A stretch of 64,000 nt of DNA, taken from Eubacteriales bacterium. Lineage in GTDB: Bacteria; Bacillota; Clostridia; Oscillospirales; SIG627. The stretch's first letter is position 1, and every line of letters begins with the position of its first letter. The stretch spans positions 83,889 through 147,888 of the forward strand of contig JAZSON010000012.1 in assembly GCA_045536965.1 (NCBI GenBank). The letters run 5' to 3'. The position numbers and the translations under genes were made by a program. The notes below the pieces were generated by a model. That model searched no databases. It had not been told where the DNA came from and worked only from the letters and a program-made list of their open reading frames with translations. Below, piece by piece: positions 47,946 through 58,000 of the stretch.

Positions 47946-48770
47946 ATGTCGTTTCCCGTTGCGTTACAACTGTATTCGGTACGCGATGCCATGAAAGCCG
48001 ACTTTTTCGGCACTCTCAAAAAGGTTAAGGATATGGGTTATGACGGGGTTGAATTTGCCGGTTTAATGGGCAACGATCCCCACAAAATCAAATCTGCACT
48101 GGACGAGATCGGACTTGTTCCCGTAGCGGCCCACATCGCCATGGGTGAATTTGATACTGATTTAGACCGCTGTTTGGAAGAAATGATGATCATCGGCGCA
48201 AAATATGTCGTTGTTCCCTCGGTTCCTCAAGAATATCGCCCCGACCTCGGCGGAGATTTCACCAAAGCCTTCGATAAATTCCTCACTATCGGCAAAGCCG
48301 CTAAAGCAAAAGGCTTGACCCTGCTGTATCACAACCATGATTTTGAGTTTATCAAAATCGAAAATAAATACGCCTTGGATCTGCTGTATGAAACACTGCC
48401 CGCAGATCTTCTGCAAACCGAATTGGACACCTGCTGGGTCAATGTCGGCGGAGAAAACCCCGCCGCATACATCCAAAAATACGCCAACCGTTCTCCCGTT
48501 GTGCACATTAAAGATTTTGTCGGTGAAAAAAGCGACAATATGTATGAGCTGATCGGCGAAAAAACCACCGCTCTTCCCCGCAAAGCCATACAAAACTTTG
48601 CTTTCCGTTCAGTCGGTGAGGGAAAACAAGACATTCCCGCCATTTTGGATGCCTGCCGTACCGCAGGCGCATCTTGGTTGATCGTTGAACAGGACCAACC
48701 CACCGAAGGCATCGACCCGCTGACTTGTGCTCAAATGAGCATCACATATTTAAAAAATATTCAAAAATAA
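47946..48770 (+). CDS. sugar phosphate isomerase/epimerase (xylose isomerase-like TIM barrel)
   Basis: 274 aa from the ATG at 47946 (TAGGAGG RBS). Contains QLYSVRD...GYDGVEFAG and LYHNHDFEF blocks. Confidence 0.8.
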   Translation: MSFPVALQLYSVRDAMKADFFGTLKKVKDMGYDGVEFAGLMGNDPHKIKSALDEIGLVPVAAHIAMGEFDTDLDRCLEEMMIIGAKYVVVPSVPQEYRPDLGGDFTKAFDKFLTIGKAAKAKGLTLLYHNHDFEFIKIENKYALDLLYETLPADLLQTELDTCWVNVGGENPAAYIQKYANRSPVVHIKDFVGEKSDNMYELIGEKTTALPRKAIQNFAFRSVGEGKQDIPAILDACRTAGASWLIVEQDQPTEGIDPLTCAQMSITYLKNIQK

Positions 48771-48788
48771 CATAGGAGGACCTAAACC

Positions 48789-49952
48789 ATGACCAAAGAA
48801 AACGATCAATTGAATCAGTTCCAGGAACGCGCAGCCGAAACCGTAATCGACAGCAACAAAAAAATCCGCATCGCCTTTATCGGCTGTGGCTGGATTGCTA
48901 CCTCCCACATCAATGCACTGAAAACAATGAACGATGTCGAAATCGTCGCTGCCGCTGATCTTGTTCCCGGCAAAGCCCAAGCATTCATGGAAAAACATGG
49001 TGTCGAAGGCGTAAAATACTACGGCGCACACACCGAAATGCTGGCCGACAAGTCTCTCAATCTCGATGCTGTTACCATTTGCACCTACAATGCGACCCAT
49101 GCCGTTTGCACCATCGACAGCTTGAACGCAGGTCTGCATGTTCTTTGCGAAAAACCCATGTGTGTCACACTGGATGAAGCCGTTGCCATGAGAAAAGCCG
49201 AAAAGGAAAGCGGTAAAATCCTTTCCATCGGTTTCCAACCCCGCTTCGATGAAAACATGAAAATGATCAAAAAAATCGTTCAATCGGGCGAACTGGGCAA
49301 AATTTACTACGTTCAAACCGGTGGCGGCCGCCGCCATGGCATTCCCACCCCCTACGGTACCTCCTTTATCGAAAAAGATACCGGCGTCGTCGGTGCTTTG
49401 GGTGATATCGGTTGCTATTCTCTCGATATGGTTCTCAACGCCCTTGGCTATCCCAAGCCGTTGACCGTTTCGGGCTATACCTCCGATTTCTTCGGAACCG
49501 ATCCCTCTTATTATAAGCAGCATCCCGAATATGCCGATGTTTTCGGCGTAGATGACTTTGCCGCCGCATTCGTCCGTTTGGAAGGCGACATCATCCTCGA
49601 CTTCCGCATCTCCTGGGCCATGCACATGGACACCCCCGGTGACACCATCATCCTCGGTACCAAGGGTGGTCTTCGCATCCCCTCCACCGAATGCTGGAAC
49701 GGCACCGTCAACAAACCCATGACCATTTACCACGATCTTTGCGGCGAACAGGTTACCACCACCGTGCCGATTCTGCCTCCTCAACCCAGCTTGTTCGCAC
49801 TGAAGATCCGCGCTTTTCTGGATGCCTGCAAGAACGGCACCCCCTCTCCCATCTCTTCGGACGAAATCATCATCAACCAAGCCATCATCGATGGTATCAA
49901 CCGTTCTGCAAAGCTCAAAAAAGAAATCGAGATCGAAATCCCCGGTCTTTGA
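48789..49952 (+). CDS. Gfo/Idh/MocA family oxidoreductase
   Basis: Rossmann motif IRIAFIGCGWIA and the EKPM block (LCEKPMC). 387 aa. GGAGG RBS. Confidence 0.88.
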   Translation: MTKENDQLNQFQERAAETVIDSNKKIRIAFIGCGWIATSHINALKTMNDVEIVAAADLVPGKAQAFMEKHGVEGVKYYGAHTEMLADKSLNLDAVTICTYNATHAVCTIDSLNAGLHVLCEKPMCVTLDEAVAMRKAEKESGKILSIGFQPRFDENMKMIKKIVQSGELGKIYYVQTGGGRRHGIPTPYGTSFIEKDTGVVGALGDIGCYSLDMVLNALGYPKPLTVSGYTSDFFGTDPSYYKQHPEYADVFGVDDFAAAFVRLEGDIILDFRISWAMHMDTPGDTIILGTKGGLRIPSTECWNGTVNKPMTIYHDLCGEQVTTTVPILPPQPSLFALKIRAFLDACKNGTPSPISSDEIIINQAIIDGINRSAKLKKEIEIEIPGL

Positions 49953-49967
49953 TCAAAACAATCATTT

Positions 49968-50001
49968 GGCGTGCCGCGCGCGTGCGGCACGCCAATTTTT
50001 T
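49968..50001 (+). terminator. intrinsic terminator
   Basis: GC-rich stem GGCGTGCCGC...GCGGCACGCC followed by AATTTTTT. Confidence 0.75.
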
Positions 50002-50008
50002 CAAATCA

Positions 50009-50037
50009 AAAAGGAGCAGAAATCTGCTCCTTTTTTC
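50009..50037 (-). terminator. intrinsic terminator of the T-box-controlled gene
   Basis: On the minus strand: AAGGAGCAGA-tttc-TGCTCCTT followed by a T-run, 15 nt after the stop at 50052. Confidence 0.75.
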
Positions 50038-50051
50038 AACTTATATAACTT

Positions 50052-52562
50052 TTAAGCGGTTTCAATTCCCTTGGCATCCTGCAAATTCAGGGTGCGGACG
50101 GCTTCCTCGCGCATCTTGTACTTCATGATCTTGCCTGCGGCATTCATGGGGAAAGAGGTGACGAAGGAAACATATCTGGGCGTTTTATGCTTTGCCATGT
50201 GAGACATCACATATTCCCGAATTTCCTCATCGGTAGAGGTTTCGCCCTCTTTGAGAATGACACAAGCCATGATTTCCTCGCCGTACTGACGGTCGGGAAC
50301 ACCAATAACCTGTACATCGGACACCTTCGGATGGGTATAAATGAAATCTTCGATTTCTTTCGGGTAAATGTTCTCACCGCCGCGAATGATCATATCCTTA
50401 ATACGTCCGGTGATTTTATAGTTTCCATCGGGCAATTTGCGGGCAAGGTCACCGGTATGCAACCAACCGTCCTTATCGATGGCTGCAGCGGTAGCGGCGG
50501 GCATCTTATAATACCCCTTCATAATGTTATATCCCTTGGCAACAAATTCACCGTCCACGTTATCAGGTACTTCCTCGCCCGTTTCGGGATCCACGATCTT
50601 GCAATCGACACCAAAAATGGCGCTGCCGACCGTATTCACACGGGTCTCGATCGAATCGGTGGTTTTGCTCATGGTAGTGGCAGGCGATGCTTCGGTCTGT
50701 CCGTATGTAATACAGATTTCCTTCATGTTCATCTTGTCAACAACCTCTTGCATGACCTTGATGGGACAGGGACTTCCCGCCATGATACCGGTGCGCATGT
50801 GGCTAAAATCGGTTTTTTCAAAATCGGGATGTCCAAGCATGGCAATAAACATCGTCGGAACACCGTGGAATGCAGTGATTTTCTCTTGGTTGATACAGGC
50901 AAGCCCCTTCGACGGAGAGAAGGCGGGAATGGGATACATGGAAACACCGTGTGTCATGGAAGCGGTCATGGCCAACACCATGCCAAAGCAATGGAACATA
51001 GGCACTTGAATCATCATGCGGTCGGCAGTCGACAGATCCATACAGTCGCCAATGGCCTTACCGTTATTGACAACGTTGTAGTGTGTCAACATAACGCCTT
51101 TGGGGAACCCGGTCGTGCCGGAAGTATACTGCATATTGCAAACATCGTTTTTGTTCAGCATGGCAGAACGACGATAAACAGCTTCCACAGGCGTTTTTTC
51201 GGAAAATGCCATGGCTTCCTGCCAAGTCAAACAACCCTTGCGATCCGAATCCACCGTAATAATATTACGCAAGAAAGGCAAACGACGAATGTGCAGAGGT
51301 TTTCCTTTTTCCGATGTCTGCAATTCGGGACACAATTCGTTCATAATAGCAATATAATCCGAATCTTTATATCCGTCGATCATAACAAGCGTATGGGTAT
51401 CCGATTGACGAAGCAAATATTCCGCCTCGTGAATTTTGTATGCCGTATTAACCGTAACCAAAACCGCGCCGATTTTCACGGTTGCCCAAAACGTAATAAA
51501 CCATTGGGGTACATTGGTTGCCCAAATCGCTACATGATCGCCCTGCTTTACACCCAGCGAAATCAAAGCGCGCGCAAAAGTATCCACTTCATCGCGGAAT
51601 TCAGAATAGGTGCGGGTATAGTCCATGGTGGTATATTTAAAAGCAATTTGATCGGGGAATTCTTCTACCATGCGATCCAACAACTGCGGGAAAGTCAGGT
51701 CAATTAAACGCTCTTTCGGCCAGACATATTTACCGGCATGCCTCAAATCGTCCTGCAATCTTCCCGATTCATCGTTTTGCACACCGTATTTTTGCATGAA
51801 ATGAGCAAAATGGGGAAATACTACGCCGGCATCGGTCAAATCAGGCATCCACCGCTTGACCCACTCCAACGTAACATAGCCCTCGAAATTGATAGAGCGC
51901 AGAGCAAGCATCATGGCCTCAAGAGGAAGATCCCCCTCACCCAGCATGCGATATACGATCTGTCCATCCTGCATCACAGAATCTTTAACGTGAACATGCT
52001 TGATGAACGCGCCGAGATTTTGCACGGTTTTTTCCGCAGACTCGCCGAAAAAGCGGTAAGGATGGTGCAAATCCCAAAGAGCACCGACCGCATCACTCTG
52101 CGTCTCTTCCAAAAGCGCCGCCAAGCGAGCAGTATCGGCATATACACCGTTTGTCTCCATAAGCAATGTTACACCGGCCTCTTCTGCAATCGAGGCAAGA
52201 CGGGTCAACTGACGAAGAACGACCGCATCATCCACTTCGGCCATAGGTGCCGCAGAAGCATCTCCCAAAACACGCACATAAGGAGCGCCAAGCATTGCGG
52301 CTGTTTGAATGTAAGCTGTCAACGCTTCGATGTGTGTCTCGTCATCCTCGCCGTCAGACAAACTGCAACCCGAGGAAAGACAAGGGATAGACAACTTATG
52401 CGCCTTCAGATCATGCATAATCTGTTCGCGCGGCGTATTGTTAAATAAATCATTGCCCAATCCGCGGATCTCAATGCCATCCATGCCGAGATCCCTCGCC
52501 ATGGTGAAAACTTCCTTCCACGAATAATTGGGACTGCCTAAGGTTGAAAATGCAATTTTCAT
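50052..52562 (-). CDS. fusion protein: N-terminal xylose isomerase-like TIM barrel plus C-terminal AMP-forming acyl-CoA synthetase/ligase
   Basis: 836 aa from the ATG at 52562 (GGAGAAGGAG RBS). Residues 1-275 form a complete TIM-barrel module (MKIAFSTLG...GMDGIEIRG...LMETNG...HVHVKD...VTLEW). Residues 290-836 carry adenylate-forming motifs: YTSGTTGFPKGVMLTH, ITYGQTEASP, GWLHTGDLA, GRIKDMIIRGGENIYP. Confidence 0.85.
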   Translation of the reverse strand: MKIAFSTLGSPNYSWKEVFTMARDLGMDGIEIRGLGNDLFNNTPREQIMHDLKAHKLSIPCLSSGCSLSDGEDDETHIEALTAYIQTAAMLGAPYVRVLGDASAAPMAEVDDAVVLRQLTRLASIAEEAGVTLLMETNGVYADTARLAALLEETQSDAVGALWDLHHPYRFFGESAEKTVQNLGAFIKHVHVKDSVMQDGQIVYRMLGEGDLPLEAMMLALRSINFEGYVTLEWVKRWMPDLTDAGVVFPHFAHFMQKYGVQNDESGRLQDDLRHAGKYVWPKERLIDLTFPQLLDRMVEEFPDQIAFKYTTMDYTRTYSEFRDEVDTFARALISLGVKQGDHVAIWATNVPQWFITFWATVKIGAVLVTVNTAYKIHEAEYLLRQSDTHTLVMIDGYKDSDYIAIMNELCPELQTSEKGKPLHIRRLPFLRNIITVDSDRKGCLTWQEAMAFSEKTPVEAVYRRSAMLNKNDVCNMQYTSGTTGFPKGVMLTHYNVVNNGKAIGDCMDLSTADRMMIQVPMFHCFGMVLAMTASMTHGVSMYPIPAFSPSKGLACINQEKITAFHGVPTMFIAMLGHPDFEKTDFSHMRTGIMAGSPCPIKVMQEVVDKMNMKEICITYGQTEASPATTMSKTTDSIETRVNTVGSAIFGVDCKIVDPETGEEVPDNVDGEFVAKGYNIMKGYYKMPAATAAAIDKDGWLHTGDLARKLPDGNYKITGRIKDMIIRGGENIYPKEIEDFIYTHPKVSDVQVIGVPDRQYGEEIMACVILKEGETSTDEEIREYVMSHMAKHKTPRYVSFVTSFPMNAAGKIMKYKMREEAVRTLNLQDAKGIETA

Positions 52563-52583
52563 ACTAAACTCCTTCTCCGAGAC

Positions 52584-52839
52584 AAAAAAATCTCGGAAAT
52601 CTAAATTTCCGAGAGACGAAATAACATATGTATTCCGCGGTACCACTCTACTTGGCAAAAAATGCCCGCTCCATGGTGTCAAAAACACCCTCTTCTTATA
52701 ACGGAAAGAACCCCGTCCGCTCCTACTAACGGTTCAGAGCGACGGCTCAAGGGCGAGAACGCAAATCCCTTCCGTACCGCTTCACACCAAACAGCGGCTC
52801 TCTGTAACGGACAAAATAGGCGTTTTCCCTATCACAGCC
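52584..52839 (-). promoter_or_regulatory. T-box riboswitch leader (terminator/antiterminator), tentative Leu (CUC) specifier
   Basis: Elements read on the minus strand:
- K-turn: GGC-TGT-GA / GA-GCC.
- AG bulge: AGAGA (52803-52799).
- Distal loop: TTTGGTGTGAA.
- Two CCGTTA F-box-like motifs (52732-52727 and 52704-52699).
- T-box core: AGAGTGGTACCGCGG (52649-52635).
- The antiterminator 3' strand CTCT is shared with the terminator TCTCGGAAAT-ttag-ATTTCCGAGA plus T7 (52614-52584).
- Candidate specifier: CUC at 52757-52755. Confidence 0.85.
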
Positions 52840-52850
52840 TTTGTACGAGC

Positions 52851-52879
52851 ATAATAGCAGAATTATCTCTTTTTGTCAA
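52851..52879 (-). promoter_or_regulatory. sigma-A type promoter driving the T-box leader
   Basis: On the minus strand: TTGACA (52879-52874), 17-nt spacer, TATTAT (52856-52851). Confidence 0.65.
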
Positions 52880-52908
52880 GTGCTTTTTCATTTTTTTCTT
52901 TTCGGCAT

Positions 52909-52948
52909 AAAAAACACCGCCGTCGGAGAACAAATGTCCCGACAGCGG
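52909..52948 (-). terminator. intrinsic terminator after the 52962..54875 gene
   Basis: On the minus strand: a 10-bp stem CCGCTGTCGG...CCGACGGCGG followed by TGTTTTTT. It isolates the T-box unit transcriptionally. Confidence 0.75.
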
Positions 52949-52961
52949 CAAACATTTTTAT

Positions 52962-54875
52962 TTAAACACGGGAAGGTCTCGGCGCTCTTTTCAAGGTATC
53001 GATCATCCAACCGATATCGGCCGCCGATTCTGCTTGCGGCTCAATGCTCTGCAAATAAGCAAACATCTCTTGCAAAGCATTTTCTGCCCCGTCGGCATCG
53101 TCTTTTTCACAAGCAATGACAAAATCAGCAAATCGAATGACATGACCGACATGGAGCAAAAGATAAAGAAAAGAATCTTTTTGCGATGCACTTGCGCTGT
53201 CATACGCCGCAAAAATGCATTTTTGCGCGGCCATAGCCAACGCTTTTGCATGCGCGGCGCGATCGGCGCGGGAGGGTGCTTCGGGCGCTACGGCCTCCTG
53301 CGGGAGAAAAGCGTCCGAAACGGCGGCAAGGTATGTCTTGACCCATTCGCCGTACTGACCAAAGGCCGCATGATAATAAGAGTCACAAACATCTTCGAAA
53401 GAGCGCGTTGCATCCCAAAGCCCCGCCGCCATGGCATACATCGGCAGACAAGTGGGAAATGCCACGCGTTGCATCTGGCAAGAAACCATGCCGTTTAAGC
53501 CGAGTTTTGGCAAACTACACATATCGGCATGCAAAATTTTGGCAGAAAACGTGTATCCGGGATCATAAACATGGTTCCACATCAAATGATAATCAAAATC
53601 AAAACTGTCGCCACTGAAATTTTCTTTCCATTTGTTCAAACGCGCAACATTTTCGCCCACCGCCTTAGGTGCCACCACCTTGTTGCGAACATAAGGCGAA
53701 AGCTCATAACGTTCGTTTTGGTCAAAATCGGCATACGGTTTAAGATAACTGCGGCTAATGGGCGCAAACATCAAAACAAAGCGGTCGGGATTTTTTATTT
53801 TTTCAACCTGCGGTTCCCACAAAAGATCGGTGTAAACCAAGAAAACAACGCGGGTATCCACTGCGGCTTCCACCATTTTTGCATCCAACTCATTCAGCAT
53901 CAAAACATACCAATCGGCAGGTGTTTTTTTTGCACACGCATCGCATTCGCAATGAGCATTCCAACTGTCTGCCAACCAGAAATGCAAGTGCGTCACCTCG
54001 GGATGCTTTTCACAGTACCCTACGATAGCATCCAACATAATACCGCGCGCCTTGGGATTGGAATAGCAAATGTTGGTATTTAAGGCAATCCCTTCAAACA
54101 ATTCTCTTTTGCCGTTCACCTCGGCCATGTATGTTTTATATTCGTCGGAAATTTCTCCCTCATACTTGACCCAATCGGTACCCGGAACGCCAAACGGCTC
54201 ACAAGTCCAGCCATGCCCCGCGGCGTGATACTGCAAAGAGCGTTTATTTGCCTCATAGACAACCGAAGCGTTGAGCGCATCTATCTCATCCCTCGAAAGA
54301 GGCGTAGCAGCGTAAAGAGGATTGCCGCGATGGGAATACCAGCGGTCATAAAAGCAAAACGGGGTGAAAAATTGGGTGAAATATGTATTCATACCGACGC
54401 GGGGCAACCATGTCAGCATGTTTTTCACATGAAGATAGGAAGCCGCGCCCTCAATACAAACACCGCGATGACGGCTGGTGGGGACGTAGGAAAGAGATAC
54501 GGTATGTTTTTCGGCAAGCTTTGCGGGAATCACATCTCCGTCGTCTCCGGGGCGAACCCAATCAAAACCAAGCGCGTGCAAATAACGGTAAACAGCAATC
54601 AGCACGGCTCGATTGTTTGTACCCGTAATGATGCCGCAAAAATCTTTCACCTGCACCGAAATACCGTCATCCGACACCGAATCAGCAACGCAGGGCAACG
54701 AAAAGGCTTGGTCGCGTCCAATCCATAACACGTTTTTTTCTTCCGCCCTATAGGCATCACGAGACAAGACGGCAATGTCCAGATGGCGGTCGACCCGCAA
54801 AAGAAAAGCAACCAATTCGTCCACGGCGTAGACCACGGTAGGATGGTTACCGATACGCGCTATTTTGATCAATGT
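52962..54875 (-). CDS. hypothetical cytoplasmic protein, possibly glycoside-hydrolase-like
   Basis: An ORF of about 637 aa with no signal peptide. The start is uncertain: TTG at 54881 or 54875, after GGGGTG. I have a vague memory of DUF4838-type proteins; not verified. Confidence 0.55.
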   Translation of the reverse strand, partial: TLIKIARIGNHPTVVYAVDELVAFLLRVDRHLDIAVLSRDAYRAEEKNVLWIGRDQAFSLPCVADSVSDDGISVQVKDFCGIITGTNNRAVLIAVYRYLHALGFDWVRPGDDGDVIPAKLAEKHTVSLSYVPTSRHRGVCIEGAASYLHVKNMLTWLPRVGMNTYFTQFFTPFCFYDRWYSHRGNPLYAATPLSRDEIDALNASVVYEANKRSLQYHAAGHGWTCEPFGVPGTDWVKYEGEISDEYKTYMAEVNGKRELFEGIALNTNICYSNPKARGIMLDAIVGYCEKHPEVTHLHFWLADSWNAHCECDACAKKTPADWYVLMLNELDAKMVEAAVDTRVVFLVYTDLLWEPQVEKIKNPDRFVLMFAPISRSYLKPYADFDQNERYELSPYVRNKVVAPKAVGENVARLNKWKENFSGDSFDFDYHLMWNHVYDPGYTFSAKILHADMCSLPKLGLNGMVSCQMQRVAFPTCLPMYAMAAGLWDATRSFEDVCDSYYHAAFGQYGEWVKTYLAAVSDAFLPQEAVAPEAPSRADRAAHAKALAMAAQKCIFAAYDSASASQKDSFLYLLLHVGHVIRFADFVIACEKDDADGAENALQEMFAYLQSIEPQAESAADIGWMIDTLKRAPRPSRV

Positions 54876-54974
54876 CAACACCCCTTATTTTTTGTATGCC
54901 AAGTATATCAATATTTTTTTACCCTGTCAAGTGCCGCATAACCTTGAAAATCTTGTGAACAAAAGGTGAAACCC

Positions 54975-55003
54975 TTGACACGGATTTCACGCAAGTATAT
55001 AAT
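54975..55003 (+). promoter_or_regulatory. sigma-A type promoter
   Basis: TTGACA (54975-54980), 17-nt spacer, TATAAT (54998-55003), about 50 nt upstream of the ATG at 55054. Confidence 0.6.
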
Positions 55004-55053
55004 CAAATATATAATGTAGAACTACAAACTCTCATCACTTTAAAGGAGTAGCC

Positions 55054-58000
55054 ATGCTGAGATTAAGAAACATTCAAAAAGACTACATCGCAGGCGACAC
55101 CATCGTTCACGCGCTCAAAAATATCAACATCGATTTTCGCAAAAGCGAATTCGTTGCCATCTTAGGCCCCTCGGGTTGCGGAAAAACGACACTGCTCAAC
55201 ATCATCGGCGGTCTTGACCGCTATACCACAGGAGACCTGTCAATCAACGGCACATCCACCAAAGAATACAAAGACGGCGATTGGGACGTTTACCGCAATC
55301 GTTCCATCGGCTTTGTCTTTCAAAACTATAATCTGATCCCCCATCAAACCGTCGTTGCCAATGTAGAACTCGCCATGACACTGTCAGGCGTTTCCAAAAA
55401 AGAGCGCCGCCGTCGCGCCATAGAAGCATTGGAAAAGGTCGGTTTGTCCGACCAAGCCTACAAAAAGCCCAACCAAATGTCGGGCGGCCAAATGCAGCGC
55501 GTAGCCATCGCCCGCGCCTTGGTGAACAACCCCGATATTTTATTGGCAGATGAACCGACAGGTGCGCTGGATACTCAAACCAGTGTGCAGGTCATGGAGA
55601 TTTTAAGAGAAATCGCCAAAGAAAAACTCATTATCATGGTCACTCACAACGCAGAGCTAGCCGATACTTATGCCACCCGAACCGTCAGAGTGCTTGACGG
55701 CGAAGTGGTTGCCGATACCAATCCCGTCACCGAAGAACCGGCGGTAGCAGAAAGAAAAAAAGAGGAAAAAAAGAAAACAAAAAAAACCTCCATGTCTCTT
55801 TTCACCGCCATCTCTCTTTCTGTCAACAACCTGATGACCAAAAAAGCCCGTACCTTCTTAACCTCCTTCGCAGGAAGCATCGGCATCATCGGCATCGCGC
55901 TCATTTTAGCCCTTTCCAACGGCATTCAGGCCTACATTGATGAGGTGCAGGAAAACACACTGTCCTCCTACCCCATCACCATTTTAAGAGAAGAAGCCAA
56001 TGTTTCGGACATGATCAGCGCGCTGACGGGAAATCATGATGCAAGCGAAAGACACGAAAACGATGCCGTTTATGCAAAAACGGTGCTGTACGATCTTTTT
56101 AACACCATGATCAATGTTGAAAAGACCCAGAACAATCTCAAAGAATTTAAAGAATATTTGGAAAGCGAAAACAATCCCATCCGTGAAAACACCACCTCCA
56201 TCTTATATACCTACGATATGGAAATGAATATATATGCCACCGATACCAACGGCAAATACGTCAAATCCGATTATGAAGCTTTGATGGAACAAACGGTGGC
56301 AGGTATGACGGGCGGTAGCAGTTTCCAGATGCCCATGATGGAAAATATGACCATGATGAACGGCAGCTTTAATATTTGGCAACAACTCCTGCCGGGCGAA
56401 AACGGCGAGGCCGTTCACCCTCTCCTCAAAGAACAGTTTGATCTGGTGGGCGAGGGAAGCCGTTGGCCCGAAAAAGAAGACGAAATCATTTTAGTTCTGG
56501 ATAAATACAACGAAATCACCGACATCACACAGTATGCGCTAGGTCTCATGTCAGCCGATACCATTATAGAAAACACAATGGCCCTGATGCAACACCAAGA
56601 ACTGAAACTGGAGACCACCCGCTGGGAATACAGCGACATTCTCGGCCGCACCTTTAAACTCGTTCTTTCCACCGATTTATACAGCGACGCCGACGGCGAT
56701 GGTATTTGGGACGACCTCCGCAACAATGACGCGGCTCTCGACCTGATCGTTTCAAACGGCAAAACGCTCAAGATCGTCGGCATCGTCCGTCCGAGCGAAA
56801 ATGTAACCTCCACCGCGCTCAAAGGCGGCGTGTTGGCATACACACAGGCTTTGACCAACACCGTCATTGAAGGGGTGGCAAACAGTGAGATCTATCACCA
56901 GCAATCCGACCCCGCCAATAAAAACTTCGATATTTTCACAGGACTTCCTTTCACCGAAGAACAAAAAGAACCCGCCACGGGAGAAGCCCTTTTGACCGAA
57001 GCCAATCAGTTTTTCGCTTCCTTGAACCTACAGGAAAAGGTCGCGCTTTACCGCAACATCCTCTGCAAACCCATCAACGAAGAGTTGGATGCCCAAGTCT
57101 CGCAAATGATGTCAGCATATCCCGACCGCGCCACGCTGGAAAAGGTTATTTTAGAGCAACTTTCCAAAGAAGCAGGCATGAACTCCGACAAAATCAAAGA
57201 GTATCTGACCGAATATTCCGATGAAGCGTTGCGTGAAATGGTCGCTTCCTCCATCCGCAATATGCTTCTTACCCAATATGAAACAGCAGGCCAAGCCACC
57301 CTTGATAAAATCGTCTCTCAACCCAATGCCACGGAACTGGCAATGTTAAAGGCCCAATACCAAGCCAAACTCACCGATCGCAATGCAAAAATCGCATTCA
57401 TCGCCGCCTATTGGTCCTCTTCTATTTCTATGAATCCCCAAGCAGCCGCGCAGTATTTGGCAACGCAAAAGGACTCTGAAATCGATCGACTTGCCGATGA
57501 AACCGTCACAGCCATGGCCACTGCGGATTATGCCGCATTCGCCGCCTTGCAAAAGGATGCAGAAAAAGACCAGAAGATCGCCGATGCGTTCGACCTGTAT
57601 TTCTCTTCTTTGGATGAAGAGGCAATCGTCAAGGTCTACCAAAACCACAAACCCGCTACCGTTTCATCCTCGAGTTTGGCAGAAAACCTGAAAAAACTGG
57701 GCGCCGCCGACACCTCCTCTCCCGCCTCTATCGCGCTGTATACCAACACCTTTGCCGCCAAAGATGCCATCGCAGAAGGCATCGCCGCATATAACGCCGA
57801 GGCAGACGAAGACGACCGCATCACCTACACCGATTATGTGGCGATTATCATGTCCTCTATCACCACCATCATCAATGCTATTTCTTATGTTCTGATTGCT
57901 TTTGTAGCCATCTCCTTGATTGTATCCTCCATCATGATCGGCATTATCACCTATGTGTCAGTGCTGGAAAGAACCAAAGAGATCGGTATCCTTCGGGCCA

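Noticed and set aside
48750-49880. 376-aa ORF on the minus strand, antisense to the Gfo/Idh/MocA gene
   Set aside because: It is a shadow ORF. Its composition is Gly/Val/Asp/Phe-rich with no motifs and no RBS, while the plus-strand frame carries the clear Rossmann GCGWIA and EKPM motifs.
50187-51707. 506-aa plus-strand ORF antisense to the AMP-ligase domain
   Set aside because: It is a shadow ORF of the minus-strand gene, which carries all the adenylate-forming motifs. The antisense translation is low-complexity and rich in His, Arg and Asn.
52767-52769. GGG (Gly) as the T-box specifier, because ACGGAAGGGA fits the common GAA-NNN-A pattern
   Set aside because: This triplet lies only 4 bp below the AG bulge. 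That is too close to the Stem I platform for the conserved anticodon-to-elbow spacing. The T-box bulge reads UGGU, which predicts A73, whereas bacterial tRNA-Gly has U73. CUC at 52757-52755 fits both constraints better, but this remains a hand fold.
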